Shown in pieces: positions 10,533 through 22,196 of a stretch of DNA of 64,000 nt. The translations under genes were made by a program, and so were the position numbers. The stretch spans positions 5,024,001 to 5,088,000 of the forward strand of contig OZ244587.1 in NCBI GenBank assembly GCA_965218095.1, given 5' to 3'. Source of the DNA: Candidatus Poribacteria bacterium (GTDB lineage Bacteria > Poribacteria > WGA-4E > PCPOR2b). Position 1 is the first letter of the stretch. The number at the start of each line of letters is the position of its first letter. Under the pieces are notes generated by a model. It saw only the letters and a list, made by a program, of their open reading frames with translations. It did no database searches and had not been told where the DNA came from.

Positions 10533-10737
10533 TTCGGGAGCAAGGGGCGGCGTGGTTGTTTTCTGCAGTATGAAGACTTATGGCCCCTACCACGATGCCT
10601 TGGATGCTGAAGTTTTCTGGAGGGATTCTTCTGTGAGGGGTCAGTTGAATCTTGCCGCCAAGCTAAGGTTTCTGAACTCATCATCAATGAATAGACATCC
10701 TTATTGCCTATAGGTTCATAGATCAACGCGGGTGCAC

Positions 10738-12710
10738 CTACTTCAACACAACCAGCTTTTTCGTGGCAGAAAATTTACTAGCTTGAATCATGTAATACAC
10801 GCCGCTTGCAACAGACTTGCCCTGCCCATTTCGTCCATCCCAGTAAGAAGCTTTTTCCTTAGAGATATACGCAGTCGCTGAAGCAAGACCAAGATCTATC
10901 ATGTGAACGGGTTTGCCTCGCACGTTATAGATGGTAATGATGACGTGTGCATCTTCAGCAAGGTAGTACGGAATCCATGTTTCAGGATTAAACGGATTCG
11001 GGTAATTTTGCAGAAGTGCGTTCTGAAGCTTGTGCGTCCCCAGCGAAGTCATATCAACCTGATTCCGCCAATTGGCGAAAACCGATCTACCATCGAGATC
11101 GGCAATCCGGACATTTTCGAGGCGAATCGAATTCATCGTCGCATTGATATTCACCTTAACACGGAATGTGATCTGTGCGAGAATGGGCACCAGATTCTCA
11201 GCAATCGACGGGTTCGGTGCATCGATCGCGACCGATCCAAATGTCAGTTTGCCATCAGCAACTTTGGGCGGTAGCCAATAGCTTTGATAACCTTGAGCTT
11301 CAAATAAACCGCCCTTTGTTGCTTCGACAACGGATAATCGCTGGGGCTCGAAATGAAATTCAAATTGGAACCCACCCAGATCAGTCGATGTATCTGCGTG
11401 AACTTGAATCGTAACGAGCTTATCGCCTACTCGGCTTTGAGGCGAAAAAGCAGCGCTCATTTTTATTTCAGTCCTTGCTCCAGTCAAGCTCACAGCTGTC
11501 GGTGCAGCAGCGGTTGAACCATAATTTCGCCAAAGTGGCCACCCACAAGCACAAGATCGAAAATGTTCACCGTACTGTCGCTATTTACATCCGTGGCGGG
11601 GTTCGCAGGTGGCGTCTGTCCAAACTGACTGCCAACGAGCACCAAGTCAAAGATATTGACAACCAGATCGCCGTTGACATCCCAGGGATTCAATTGAATC
11701 TCGGCAAGACAGTAAATTCCGGATTGTGAGGTCGGTGCAGATACGGTATTGTTCGCTGGATCAACGACCTGATTCTCTAACCGAGTCCACTCACCACCAA
11801 TAAACTCGAAGATCTGTGGTGAGTCGGCGGTATCTTTGATGGTTTCAGGATAAGCTAAAGTGACAGTCACGCTTTGGTTGAATGTTTCAACCGATTCACC
11901 GGATTGGCTGGTCACTGTGAGCTCCCGACCGCTGTTGACAATCGCGGCGGGGAGATCGATCAAAGCGTCGTCACTGAGACGCTTAATTGTAACGCTTGCG
12001 GACAGGGAAGGATCTGTGAAAAGCGCATTTCGACCGAATGCAACAGTTGTACCATCGGTGATGGCAGCAACGCCGCCATTACTGGTAATTAAGACCACGT
12101 TGGGGCTGTTAGATACAACGCTGCCCTCATTCCCCGCGGCATCAACTGAAGTGACAGCATAGTAAGCGGTAATCCCTGGAACAATACCGTCATCAATGAA
12201 CTCTGCCTCAACAATTCCGGTTCCAATGGGTTGCAATTCACCCACTTCAGTGATTTCTGTGTCGAAGCGATAGGTGTTGTAGGTGGTCGCATTTTCATCG
12301 ACTTCCCAGGGTAATCGAATGGCATTTCCTGTCGCGTTGATACGTGCAGTAAGCCACGTCGGTGCTGTAGTCGGCGCTTCATTGTCCAATTGCACCGCCA
12401 CAGTGGCATCACCACTACTCCCAACAGCATCAACTGCCTCAACGCGAATGGTGTTATCGCCGAGTTGCAAAGTGACTTCTGCGCGAAAAGCCCCACTCTT
12501 TCCCAAATCCTGGATATCTCCATCATTGACGGTGATTGAGATGGATTGTAGTTCTTCTTCACTGTCATTGGTGACGAGGCCAGTGACAGTCAGGCGATCG
12601 TTCCTGACGAATGCAGGCGGGGCATCAATAGTAACCCGCGGCTGTTCAACGTCCAGGAGAATTTTTTGAGCAGATGAGCGTCCACTCTGATTACCGATGA
12701 TACCACTGGA
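10738..12710 (-). pseudogene. Secreted Ig/FN3-dockerin-cohesin protein with FlgD-Ig/T9SS-like C-terminal domain; 5'-truncated, frameshift ~11490
   Basis: Dockerin-like duplicated DVNGDLVVNIFDLVLVG; cohesin-like DLGGFQFEFHFEP; LLQNYPNPFNPETWIPY..WDGRN..VASGVYY. Confidence 0.75.
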
Positions 12711-12902
12711 CAGGTTCAACAGATGCAATCCGAAATCGACCACCTCCGCGAGGCACTGCGCCACCGAGACATGCAGATAGACCAACTGAACTAGCTGCAA
12801 GCTATGCAAACCCAACACAATAGCCAGTTGTTATCTCAATTGCCACCGCCACGCCTGCCGTTGACAACCCGCATCGGAAAACTATTCACGAAGCTAACAT
12901 AG
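12711..12902 (+). pseudogene. Coiled-coil C-terminal fragment with internal TAG
   Basis: QVQQMQSEIDHLREALRHRDMQIDQLN*LQAMQ..LPPPRLPLTTRIGKLF*; abuts the truncation point of the dockerin gene. Confidence 0.45.
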
Positions 12903-13039
12903 TTCCCTAACCAAACATAAAAAAAGGGATGCATCCGAAGATACACCCCAGTCTGTTAGGATTTTGATTTTAACGTTCAGGTCGGGGAGGCAAGGCGGTT
13001 CAAATGAACCGCTGTCTGCCGCCACCGAGAGATCGCCCT

Positions 13040-14389
13040 TTAAGGGCGGCGCCCCGATGATTGCCCGGCATCAGGGACAGACTTTGGACGACGCTCCCGC
13101 TCAAATTGACGAGCCGCTTCCGGGTCAGATTCCCTTAGACGGCGTAGCCCTTCCTCCGAACCGTACTGGTCAAAGAACTGTTTCGCCTTTGAAAAATGCT
13201 CCGGCGATAACTGTTCTTTGAGTTGTGTTTCAATGCTTTCAGCGGTCAGTGGAGTGGGCGTTTTGTTGGCTGTCTCAATCCTTAGCTCGCTTGGGCGAGA
13301 AGGTGTAGGCTCGACCATGCCGGGTAGATCCGATGGAGAAATCGGGATGTCTGTGCGAACCGGGGCGGTATCTGTATCAAGAGGGCTGCCCCCCTCAGAA
13401 ACGTTTTCTGGTACTGGGTACTCCCCCTTTCGTATCCAACCCGGTAGTGCGTCTTCACCTTCATCGGGCAGAAAACTCACTTTCACAGGCGGTTTATCGG
13501 ACAGTGGTAGTGCTACAGGTGATAACATTTTAACTCTTTCCTTAGTTCTTTCCATCGTTGCCTCAATTTCATCAATCCGTCTTTTCTCAGACTCAGATAA
13601 TGAAAAATCCAGTTCGCCTTGGGCGACTTTTTTCTCAACCTCAGCCATTGAGACACTGTTTTCTATAGACCACGAGAACTTATTAAAATACTCTCGGCGC
13701 CCATGCGAATCCGCTATAGAATAATATTCTTCGGGCGGATAATAATCAACGCCATCTATAATGAGTTTGTTATTCAGCCAGGGTTTTTGTGATAGAGCTG
13801 CCATCTCAATTATGGGTGAGTCTAATTCTGTTTGTGAAATCGCATCTCCCTCCTCATACTCTGAATGACGAGGGACAATCACTTGATGCAGCTTTCCATC
13901 AGGGGTAACAACACGTTGTGTCACCTGTCCTTTAAAATCTTCACGGAGAAGTTTAGTCGCCCTAATCGCCTCCTCCACAGCGGGGGTCATTTTTCCCGTC
14001 TGAGTCCACTCCCTCACTTCTATCGCCTGTTGACTCATGGGCGTGTCAGAAGAGTAGAGCTGACCGGCTATCTCGTAAACATACTCACCATCAACATACT
14101 CACCATCATGCGCATATCCAGACTCAGCCCGTCCCGTCTCCCCAATCTGATCGGGATTCAAAGCAACGGGCAAGCCCTCTCCGCTATGTGTGTGGTCTTT
14201 GGAAGAATGGGCATGTTGCCCCTCAATCGAACGATTAAATGCCTGAGCATTCGACATAAAGTCCTCAAATTCAACATGGTTTTGGTAAGCCCTATATCCA
14301 ACATAAGAGACAGAGAGAAATGCAACAATACAACCCCCAACAATATAGGGGATGAAACAACGCTTTAACATCAGATGAACCTCCTTCAT
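13040..14389 (-). CDS. Hypothetical protein with N-terminal membrane anchor and Pro-rich linker
   Basis: 449-aa ORF; hydrophobic N-terminus; helical C-terminus LSPEHFSKAKQFFDQYGSEEGLRRLRESDPEAARQFE. Confidence 0.8.
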   Translation of the reverse strand: MKEVHLMLKRCFIPYIVGGCIVAFLSVSYVGYRAYQNHVEFEDFMSNAQAFNRSIEGQHAHSSKDHTHSGEGLPVALNPDQIGETGRAESGYAHDGEYVDGEYVYEIAGQLYSSDTPMSQQAIEVREWTQTGKMTPAVEEAIRATKLLREDFKGQVTQRVVTPDGKLHQVIVPRHSEYEEGDAISQTELDSPIIEMAALSQKPWLNNKLIIDGVDYYPPEEYYSIADSHGRREYFNKFSWSIENSVSMAEVEKKVAQGELDFSLSESEKRRIDEIEATMERTKERVKMLSPVALPLSDKPPVKVSFLPDEGEDALPGWIRKGEYPVPENVSEGGSPLDTDTAPVRTDIPISPSDLPGMVEPTPSRPSELRIETANKTPTPLTAESIETQLKEQLSPEHFSKAKQFFDQYGSEEGLRRLRESDPEAARQFERERRPKSVPDAGQSSGRRP

Positions 14390-14579
14390 TGCCTGTTAGG
14401 CAAAGCCTAACAGGCCGACAGTTTGCCAGATATGACACCAGATATTCCACTTGTTTTTTTCTTGAGCCAGTGCCATGCCAGCAATAGATGACTTTCCTAG
14501 CGATCGTTAAGTCTCACCTAACAATCGGTTGTTCCCACCATCTGGGGGCAGCCAGGAACGGTTTACCCCTCCAACTGCT

Positions 14580-16282
14580 TTAGACACCACAAAGCACAGT
14601 TGCCCACCTTTTGGGGTATAACGTCTTACAGTGAGCATGACAATAGGACCAGGAAGATGACCCTAGATATCTATGCTTATAATGATACTCCGCGTCAATC
14701 ACCATCTCATACTCTCTTTGCATGTGCGCGTGTTCTATAGACGTAATACAATTCAAGCAGGTTGTATTTTTCATGCGCGTTTTACCTGTAGGACCGTCGC
14801 TACGTATATAGGCCACGGTAAGATATATTTTATCGATCTTTACCAAACACGATAGAGATGAATGATCAGCCGCAGCATCCTGTATCTGAAAAGCCGCAAA
14901 CATCCCCAAACTGACTACCAAGACCCCAACAATTACCGGGTCACCATCTGCATCCGCCACTCGGATTGGTATAGAGAACGCTTTATTCTCTCGTACCCGC
15001 CTCCGCCCAAGCGTCCCGATGCTGGGAAGAACGTTGGCGATTGTGAACGCTGTGGTTGCAGGCGGGCTATCTATCTCCTCGTCGTTTGAAACGACCTCAA
15101 CTTTCACAACTGTCCCTTTCGGGATACGGGGACCAGCAGTTGAAGAGCCCTCAAGATCTGTCTGTTTTGTGAACTCTGTTTCGCCCGGTTTCTTAAAGAA
15201 CCACGAAATCCGAACAATGATCAAATCGCCATCTAGATCGGTGCCGCGAGTAATCTCCGGTGTGAGGGTAACAGGGGTTGTCGGTGCACCAGCAGGGAAT
15301 CTAACCATCGGTGCGGTAGAGGGTGAATTCTGGATCGGGATCTCGTCGCTCTTCTTCGACTCACTCTGCTCGCCGCCACTATCAGTTGCTGTCACTTCGA
15401 CGGAAATCTGATCCCCTTTGGCGAATTGACCACGGAGCGTCGCGCTCGTCGCACTCGGAATCAATGAGCTGTTTTTAAGCCATTGATAAAAAAAGGCGCC
15501 AGCGTCGAGTGGACCTTCCTCGAGGTCCGTTGCCTCAGCAGACGCAACCAAAGTGCTTGACACCAAAGCAGGTCTCCCTCCATCAACTTCAACACGAACG
15601 CTGGTTACAATAGGAGGTTCGCTTGGTACTACAATACTAGTGGTACTACAATACTGGTGTTTGAGGCAAGGGTTGCTGAGAAGCTGCCACTGATTTCTAT
15701 CCTATCGCCGGCATTGACAGCATTGGTAAAGACAGTGGTAATAGGAATGGAGTTGCCCACAGGTCCATTAATCTCGACTTTTCCCCTCGTCGTACCGCCG
15801 ATACTTGCCCTCAGGTCCCTTATGACGCTGTTAATCTCAATCATGAAGGTGAGTGTTTTATCAGCCGGAACAGTAATCGTGCGTTCAATGGTCTTCTCCT
15901 CCTCGAACTTAACAGCGCCAATTAAAAGATTTACGAGGTCATTTGAGGTTCTGACACTAATGGCATAGGTTTCGACGAGTTGATATGTCCTCTCACCTAA
16001 GGTCACCTCAAACGAGCCGCCACGAATCGTCTCCTCTCCCGCATGAAAATCTTTGCTAAAACCGGTGCCTTTGATTGACACCGCTCCATTGATAGAAATG
16101 TCGTTAAGGTCCAGAGAAAGTGTCAATCCTTGAAAGAAATTTTGTGGAGCTGTAGAAAATCCACTGCCACTTAAAGAAATCCCTACCGTGCGTTCATCAG
16201 CCCAAACAGAACCAATACCGAACATACTGAGAAAACAGAACAAGGCCAAACCTGTAATAATTGCTTTACGAGAACTTTTCAT
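14580..16282 (-). pseudogene. Secreted Ig-like repeat protein split by a 17-bp duplication; 3' end appears chimeric
   Basis: Signal peptide MKSSRKAIITGLALFC..VWA; DLDGD/DADGD Ig repeats; removing 15624-15640 joins ORFs 15629-16282 and 14580-15566. Confidence 0.7.
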
Positions 16283-16484
16283 CTGATGCTCCTGTGGTGA
16301 GTAGTTACATAATATTGGGGGCAGGAGATTTAGCTAGATAAAAATCTTTACGGTGTGGAAACAACTTCAGTAACTGGAGATAGGCGTCATTATAACACTT
16401 TCTGAAATCCAATTCAACAACAAATTCGGTTTGTTGCTTTGAGACAAGTCAACAGAGACTTAAATGGCAGATGTTCTCCCAAAT

Positions 16485-16521
16485 AAAAAAGGCGTCTGAG
16501 AAATATATCCCAAACGCCTTT
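16485..16521 (-). terminator. Probable intrinsic terminator of the TPR operon
   Basis: AAAAAAGGCGTCTG..CAAACGCCTTT stem with U-tract on the minus strand. Confidence 0.55.
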
Positions 16522-16559
16522 GTTGAAAGGGTTAATGAATTGAACTCACATGTGGCGAC

Positions 16560-19500
16560 CTATTCGCCACCGCCGGCACGACGTGGGATGTTCTGTGATT
16601 TCATATAATCCGTGATCATACTAATCTGTTTTTGCGCATACGTCAACGCCCGATTGACCTGTGTATCGCTAGGCGGAACGGTTGCGTACTTGTTCCACAA
16701 CGCATCAAAGGAATCGAGTGCGCTGTTATAGAATTCATCATTGTCATTTGCCAGCATCATATATGCTTCACCAATTTGCACCAGAGAAAGGTCGGCATAC
16801 TTGCTGGTGGGATAGGTTTTGATAATCTCTTTGAACTCAGCGATCGCCTTTTCAACGGCTGCATTTCGTTGATCTTCCGGTGCCACTTTCGCCCGATCGA
16901 AATTGGCAGTCGCCTGGATATACACATCCGCTGAGAGAGATCTTACCGTATCACGCAGGAAAAGCCCAGCGGTTTCTTTGGACTTTTGGTTGATGCCGGA
17001 AACACCCAGTGCTTTACTATACTGTTCGACAGCCAGTTTGTAAAGGCGGATACGTTCCTCATTTTCAATATCTGGGACAGATCCCTGGTTAAAGTAGGTG
17101 TTGCCGACGTTGATAAACGCTTCCGCTGCAAAGGGGCTGGTTGAATAGTCCTTTGCAAGCACTTCGTTAATCTTAAACACCTCATCGAGCCATTTCGCTC
17201 CGGCATCGTTTCCGGCATCTTTCGCCAGGAGGGTATAGCAGGTGGAAATCGCGGCGAGAGATTCAGCAGCACTCTCATGCTTCGGATTTAATTTACGGAC
17301 CTTGCTATACTCACGAATCGCTTTCAGGTACTTCTGAGCAGCATAATATGACTCGCCTGCCTGATACTGCAAAAACGGTGCATCTTTCGCCCTGGGGAAG
17401 CGCCGGACAAGGGCTTTGAATGTTTCCCCTGCCTGCTCAAAGAAGCCAATCGTCTTTTCAGAGAGCCCATCATCAAAACCGAGTTGCATTCGCCCCAGCT
17501 CGAAGTAGGTCGGACCAAGGTAGGTTAACATGGTCTGAACATTTTTCGACACATCTGCTGAAGCGGGGAAAACGCCTTTGTCAGCATATTCCACGAATTG
17601 CTTCAGCACGGGGACAGCGCTATTGAGATCCTCTGGGAGTTTGATCCCTGTACCGAGCGAATAGTAAATCTGCCCAGCCTGGAATAGGGCATTCTGGATA
17701 AACGGGATAAGGGTTTTATCTATCTCTTCAATCGGTTGTGCGACATTCGCCACTTCAGAGTAGGCGCCTGCCGATTGCCGACTCGCATCAATATACGGCT
17801 GTAAATCGGTGCCAGGTTTATCAGAGAAGAGCTTTCGCGCCTTATCGAAGTACAGGTAACCGAGGTTATACTGTGCGGAAACTTTCTGTCCAGTTGTTTG
17901 CGCCGATTCGCGCGCCGCAAGCGCTTGAGCAATTGCGTCCTCCAGACGCCCTATTTTCACATAGAGGTCAGATCTGCGGATGCCCGCATCAGCAGCCATT
18001 GACTGAATATTTGGGTTGGATTCAGCGCCAAACTGGGTGTTAAGGGTTTCGTATGCTTTGAGGGCATTTTGAGGCTCATTGAGTTTTTCTTGATAAATCA
18101 ATCCCATACGATAATATGCCTGGGCTTTGATGAGCGGCGCCTGAGCAAGTTCAATGGCATTCTGGTAGTTGAGCAATGCATCGTCATACTGCTTGAGATG
18201 CTCATCTTGCGCATACGCTACAGCGAAGTAGGAACGCCCCTTCAGATCATCATCGTCTGTATGCTGAATCACGTACTGATATTCTTGCACGGCTGCTGCG
18301 TGATCGCCAACAGCAGTATCCAACTCCGCGAGACGCGAATGCGCTTGACGAATCAGGTCCTGACGGGGAGGGTCCTCCGTTTGACCCTCATAAGCGGTCG
18401 CGTGACGAAAAGCCTCAATTGCACCCGGATTATCATTCAAACCAAACTTTGCAAGCCCCAGCGTATAATACGCGCTGATTGCTGTATCAACATCGGGGTT
18501 TCTCTCAACAACCTGTGTCGCCGCATTCACAGTATTCTGGAATGAAAGCTGCTTGGTTTGCTCGTCTGCGCTGTTTTGACCTATCTGATAGTGGGAGACA
18601 GCGGTTTGGTATAACGCATTCATCACAAGTTCGCTGTTGGGGAACATCTGGACGAATGTCTGGTATTCGGCGATGGCTTGTGCATGCTCACCCGCCCCAT
18701 AGAACAAGTGACCAATTTTCAACTGCGCCCGCGAACGAGAGTCTTCTGGTGCACCTGTATTCTCCACAATACGCCGTAGACTCGCAACTAGTTCAAGCAT
18801 CTGCTCTTCGGAGTCGAGCCCCTGTTTTTCGATGGCAGTGGCTTTAACCAGATCGATATGCCCTAACGTCTTTTTGATGATTTCGTTGTCGCTGCTGCCG
18901 TGTTTCGCGTAGGCAAGATCTGCCGTTTCCAGCACCTTTGGCCACGCCTCTGAGTTGCCGGCCTGTGCCATATCACGATAGGCAAGGGCAAGCCCGTAAT
19001 ACGATTCAACGGCATTCGGACTATCACTATAATCGTCAATCGATTTTTGGAAGGCAGCAACGCATTTTTCGAGGAGGGCTGCATCCTCGGATGCAGCTTT
19101 GTAGTAACAAAGTCCAACAAGATACTGTGCATCGTCGGCATACTCACCGGCGGGGTTGCCTGCGACGACGCTTTCATAACGAGCTGCTGCTTCAGCAAAT
19201 TGCTCGTCGGCGCGCAGCAGGTCTGCCAGCTTGATTTCCGCGAGTGAACGATTATCCGGACTCAAAAGACCTTTGCCATCTTCCGTCTGCGAGTCAAGTA
19301 GAAACCGATATATCGTCACTGCCTCATTGGGATTTCCTTCCTTGACATGACTCTGTGCAATCAGCAACTGAGCACGCTCATAATTCTCGCTTGTCTGAGG
19401 AATCGCGGCGTAGAGATCACGGGCTTTATCCCAACCATGGAGTTTTTCGTGAGCAAGCGCCTGATTCATCATACAGGCTTCAACCTGCAGTGGACGTTGC

Positions 19501-21233
19501 CCAAAATCGTCATAGAACCCCATCTCAATGCCCCCAAGGAAAGCCTCATCTTTAAACTTCTCTACCGCTTGCTGATAAGCGTTCACGGACTTCTGAAGCA
19601 GTGCTTCGTTAAAGACAGCCTCCGAATCGCCTTCGCGGTAATCCGCTGGTGTGGCGGCTTCGTAGTACGCCCGTCCTTCCTGGAATTTTCCAATCAATTT
19701 AATCAGGTGGAATTTCGGGAAGTCACGATACTCCCACAGTTTGGCGTATTCCGCAGCGGCTTCATCATACTGCTTAAAGTCGTTAAACTTCATATCCGCA
19801 AACTTCAACTGAACTTCAGCGGCGAGGATATCAAATTCGCTATCTTTACGGTTCTTATCGATAAATTCCCTGGCGACTTTTTCAAGTTCCTCCTTTCGCC
19901 CAAGCTCGTTCAACGCCCAAATTGCACCGTAGAGTGCATGCGGCGCGACCGGGTCGGTCGGATATTCATCAACAGCTTTCTGATACCACTCAAGAGCTGT
20001 TTCAAAGGCCTCGTTTGCCGGATCTGTCTGACCACTCTCTTTCAGATTGGAAGCTAACTTATAGTGTGCATCTCCCATCTGATAGGTCACATAGGGGATA
20101 AAATCGGTTTCGTCTGGATGTTCATTCAGAACGCGCTGATATGTAGCTATCGCTTGATTCCAATCCAACAGCTTGAAGTAGCTATCGGCGACGCCGAGCT
20201 TCGCTTCACTGATAAACTCGCTTTCCGGATACTCTTCAAGCAGTGTGTTGTATGATGTAATGGCGTTGGGGTAATCCTGTTGATCGTAGTAGGTACGACC
20301 AATCGTCACCTGAATTTCCGCCTGCAGGTCTCGATCGTCGGTATTTTGCAATGCGAGTTCATAATTCGCTCGCGCATTGTCATAGTCTCTCTGTTTCGAG
20401 TAGATTGCACCCATGTCAAAATAGGCAGCGGTTACATAGTCACTAGTCGGGTGTTGTGTGATAAATGTGGTATACCGACTGATTGCCTCTTCATCGCGGG
20501 CAAGCTGGTTCAAACAGAAGGCTGCCTTGTACATCGCTTCTGCTTGTAGTTCCGGGAAGATCTTAAACTCTTCAGTGGCGAGCTTGTCGAATTCCTGGTA
20601 GGATTGCTCATAATTCTTTTCATTGAGGAAGGATTGTGCGATCAGGTGCTGCGCATCATCTTTGAACTCCGAGTTTGGAAACCCATCAAGCACTTCCTTG
20701 TATGCGCGACGTGATCGGTCATAGTTTTGCAGTTTGTAATTGAGCTGCCCAATCGCATACCAAGCATTCTCAACAAAGAGACTATTGGGGAAGTTTTCGA
20801 TCAAGGTATGGAATTTGGGTTCGGCGAGTTCATATTTCTCTTGCTTGTAGAGGACGTGTCCCCAGAGGTAGGTTAAGCCCTCCTGATGTTTGGGAACAGA
20901 TGCATTTGCTGCAACCTGTTCAATCTTCTCGATTGCATTGTCGTAGTAGGTAATATCGCCGGTCTGTTCAGCTATTTTTGAATAACTAACAGCGATCTTG
21001 TAATTTGCAAGTGTCTGGAAGTCCTTATCAATGACCTCAGTTTTGACACCCCATTTGATGGCTTCTTCAAGGGCATCGCTATATTTTGCAATCGCCCCTT
21101 CGTAATCATTTTGACTGTAGAATTGTTCTGCTTGATTATATAGTCGTTCGACCTTTTTGGAACTGCCTGATGGCCAGAGCAGAACGGCAGCTAAAGCAAG
21201 TCCGCCAAGGACGCCTAAAAGTCTGGGATTCAT
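16560..21233 (-). CDS. Giant membrane-anchored tetratricopeptide-repeat protein (BamD/CpoB-like TPR pairs)
   Basis: 1557 aa; N-terminal TM; repeated 'ENFPNSLFVENAWYAIG', 'EEYPESEFISEAKLGVA' units. Confidence 0.9.
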   Translation of the reverse strand: MNPRLLGVLGGLALAAVLLWPSGSSKKVERLYNQAEQFYSQNDYEGAIAKYSDALEEAIKWGVKTEVIDKDFQTLANYKIAVSYSKIAEQTGDITYYDNAIEKIEQVAANASVPKHQEGLTYLWGHVLYKQEKYELAEPKFHTLIENFPNSLFVENAWYAIGQLNYKLQNYDRSRRAYKEVLDGFPNSEFKDDAQHLIAQSFLNEKNYEQSYQEFDKLATEEFKIFPELQAEAMYKAAFCLNQLARDEEAISRYTTFITQHPTSDYVTAAYFDMGAIYSKQRDYDNARANYELALQNTDDRDLQAEIQVTIGRTYYDQQDYPNAITSYNTLLEEYPESEFISEAKLGVADSYFKLLDWNQAIATYQRVLNEHPDETDFIPYVTYQMGDAHYKLASNLKESGQTDPANEAFETALEWYQKAVDEYPTDPVAPHALYGAIWALNELGRKEELEKVAREFIDKNRKDSEFDILAAEVQLKFADMKFNDFKQYDEAAAEYAKLWEYRDFPKFHLIKLIGKFQEGRAYYEAATPADYREGDSEAVFNEALLQKSVNAYQQAVEKFKDEAFLGGIEMGFYDDFGQRPLQVEACMMNQALAHEKLHGWDKARDLYAAIPQTSENYERAQLLIAQSHVKEGNPNEAVTIYRFLLDSQTEDGKGLLSPDNRSLAEIKLADLLRADEQFAEAAARYESVVAGNPAGEYADDAQYLVGLCYYKAASEDAALLEKCVAAFQKSIDDYSDSPNAVESYYGLALAYRDMAQAGNSEAWPKVLETADLAYAKHGSSDNEIIKKTLGHIDLVKATAIEKQGLDSEEQMLELVASLRRIVENTGAPEDSRSRAQLKIGHLFYGAGEHAQAIAEYQTFVQMFPNSELVMNALYQTAVSHYQIGQNSADEQTKQLSFQNTVNAATQVVERNPDVDTAISAYYTLGLAKFGLNDNPGAIEAFRHATAYEGQTEDPPRQDLIRQAHSRLAELDTAVGDHAAAVQEYQYVIQHTDDDDLKGRSYFAVAYAQDEHLKQYDDALLNYQNAIELAQAPLIKAQAYYRMGLIYQEKLNEPQNALKAYETLNTQFGAESNPNIQSMAADAGIRRSDLYVKIGRLEDAIAQALAARESAQTTGQKVSAQYNLGYLYFDKARKLFSDKPGTDLQPYIDASRQSAGAYSEVANVAQPIEEIDKTLIPFIQNALFQAGQIYYSLGTGIKLPEDLNSAVPVLKQFVEYADKGVFPASADVSKNVQTMLTYLGPTYFELGRMQLGFDDGLSEKTIGFFEQAGETFKALVRRFPRAKDAPFLQYQAGESYYAAQKYLKAIREYSKVRKLNPKHESAAESLAAISTCYTLLAKDAGNDAGAKWLDEVFKINEVLAKDYSTSPFAAEAFINVGNTYFNQGSVPDIENEERIRLYKLAVEQYSKALGVSGINQKSKETAGLFLRDTVRSLSADVYIQATANFDRAKVAPEDQRNAAVEKAIAEFKEIIKTYPTSKYADLSLVQIGEAYMMLANDNDEFYNSALDSFDALWNKYATVPPSDTQVNRALTYAQKQISMITDYMKSQNIPRRAGGGE

Positions 21234-21314
21234 ACAAAATCTCCTTTTGGGTTTTGGGTCAGGATTCAGGTATCAGGCATTAGATAGGCTCTAAGCCCTA
21301 AAGCCTAATACCTG

Positions 21315-22157
21315 CTAAAGTTTAACAGAATCATAAACTTCCGTAATCGATAAACTAGGTAACGGTACATTCATCAACATATCAACAAAGCCATTTAGTG
21401 AGCGGTTGCCCGCCCAACCAATCTTCGCTGGAAACGGGGTTATCACAACACCTAAAGGCCGAGAAAAATCCTCTGTTGCGACAATTGGATCAGGACTTGA
21501 TAACTGAGCAACCATCATCGGATCGGGAGAAGCATCACGGATTGCCATAGCTTTAAGCACATCATGATCGCTGACGAGGCCGGGAAGATAACTTTCCCAC
21601 GCTAAAAATTCTGCAGATGGTTCAGTCACATCAAGCTGTCTGTTTGACTGTTGGGTTCCGAACTCCTCAAGAAAGGATTGCGATATTCCGGCGGGCCGAT
21701 CACGGTTGCTAATCAATTCCCGATTTCCGCCCCCCTGCATAGGGGAAATGGGATGAACCTTTAGGACATGCTGCGAGTTTACAGCGTCAAAGCGATTCTG
21801 TTCCTGAGATTGAAGGAATTGATATGCAACCAAACTGGCAAGAACCGCGAGGAGCATCCATGCATAAACTGGAGATAATCTAACCCAGTCTACCATCGTT
21901 CGCCACCACACAGAACGGGAACGCTCTTCAATTGTCTGCTGTAACTGCTGCCCAAATTGATTGTAATAACCTGCTGGGGGCGGTGGAGAGACGTAAAAAC
22001 GAAGCAACGCCTTTGTACGCCTCAAAGATTCTAATTCAAGCTGGCAAACTTGACAAGATCGCAGATGTTGAGCAACGAGGACGGTTTGCCGATCTGAAAG
22101 CATACAGTCTAAGTAATCAGACAAGTAACGTTGAATCAAACAACATCGAAGTTTCAT
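21315..22157 (-). CDS. Zinc-finger (zf-HC2/ZAS) anti-sigma factor with TM helix
   Basis: LSDYLD..HLRSCQVC motif; TM segment; downstream of the ECF sigma gene. Confidence 0.85.
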   Translation of the reverse strand: MKLRCCLIQRYLSDYLDCMLSDRQTVLVAQHLRSCQVCQLELESLRRTKALLRFYVSPPPPAGYYNQFGQQLQQTIEERSRSVWWRTMVDWVRLSPVYAWMLLAVLASLVAYQFLQSQEQNRFDAVNSQHVLKVHPISPMQGGGNRELISNRDRPAGISQSFLEEFGTQQSNRQLDVTEPSAEFLAWESYLPGLVSDHDVLKAMAIRDASPDPMMVAQLSSPDPIVATEDFSRPLGVVITPFPAKIGWAGNRSLNGFVDMLMNVPLPSLSITEVYDSVKL

Positions 22158-22196
22158 GCTTTCCTCATTGTATTGCTGCCATTGCTAGGATAATAA

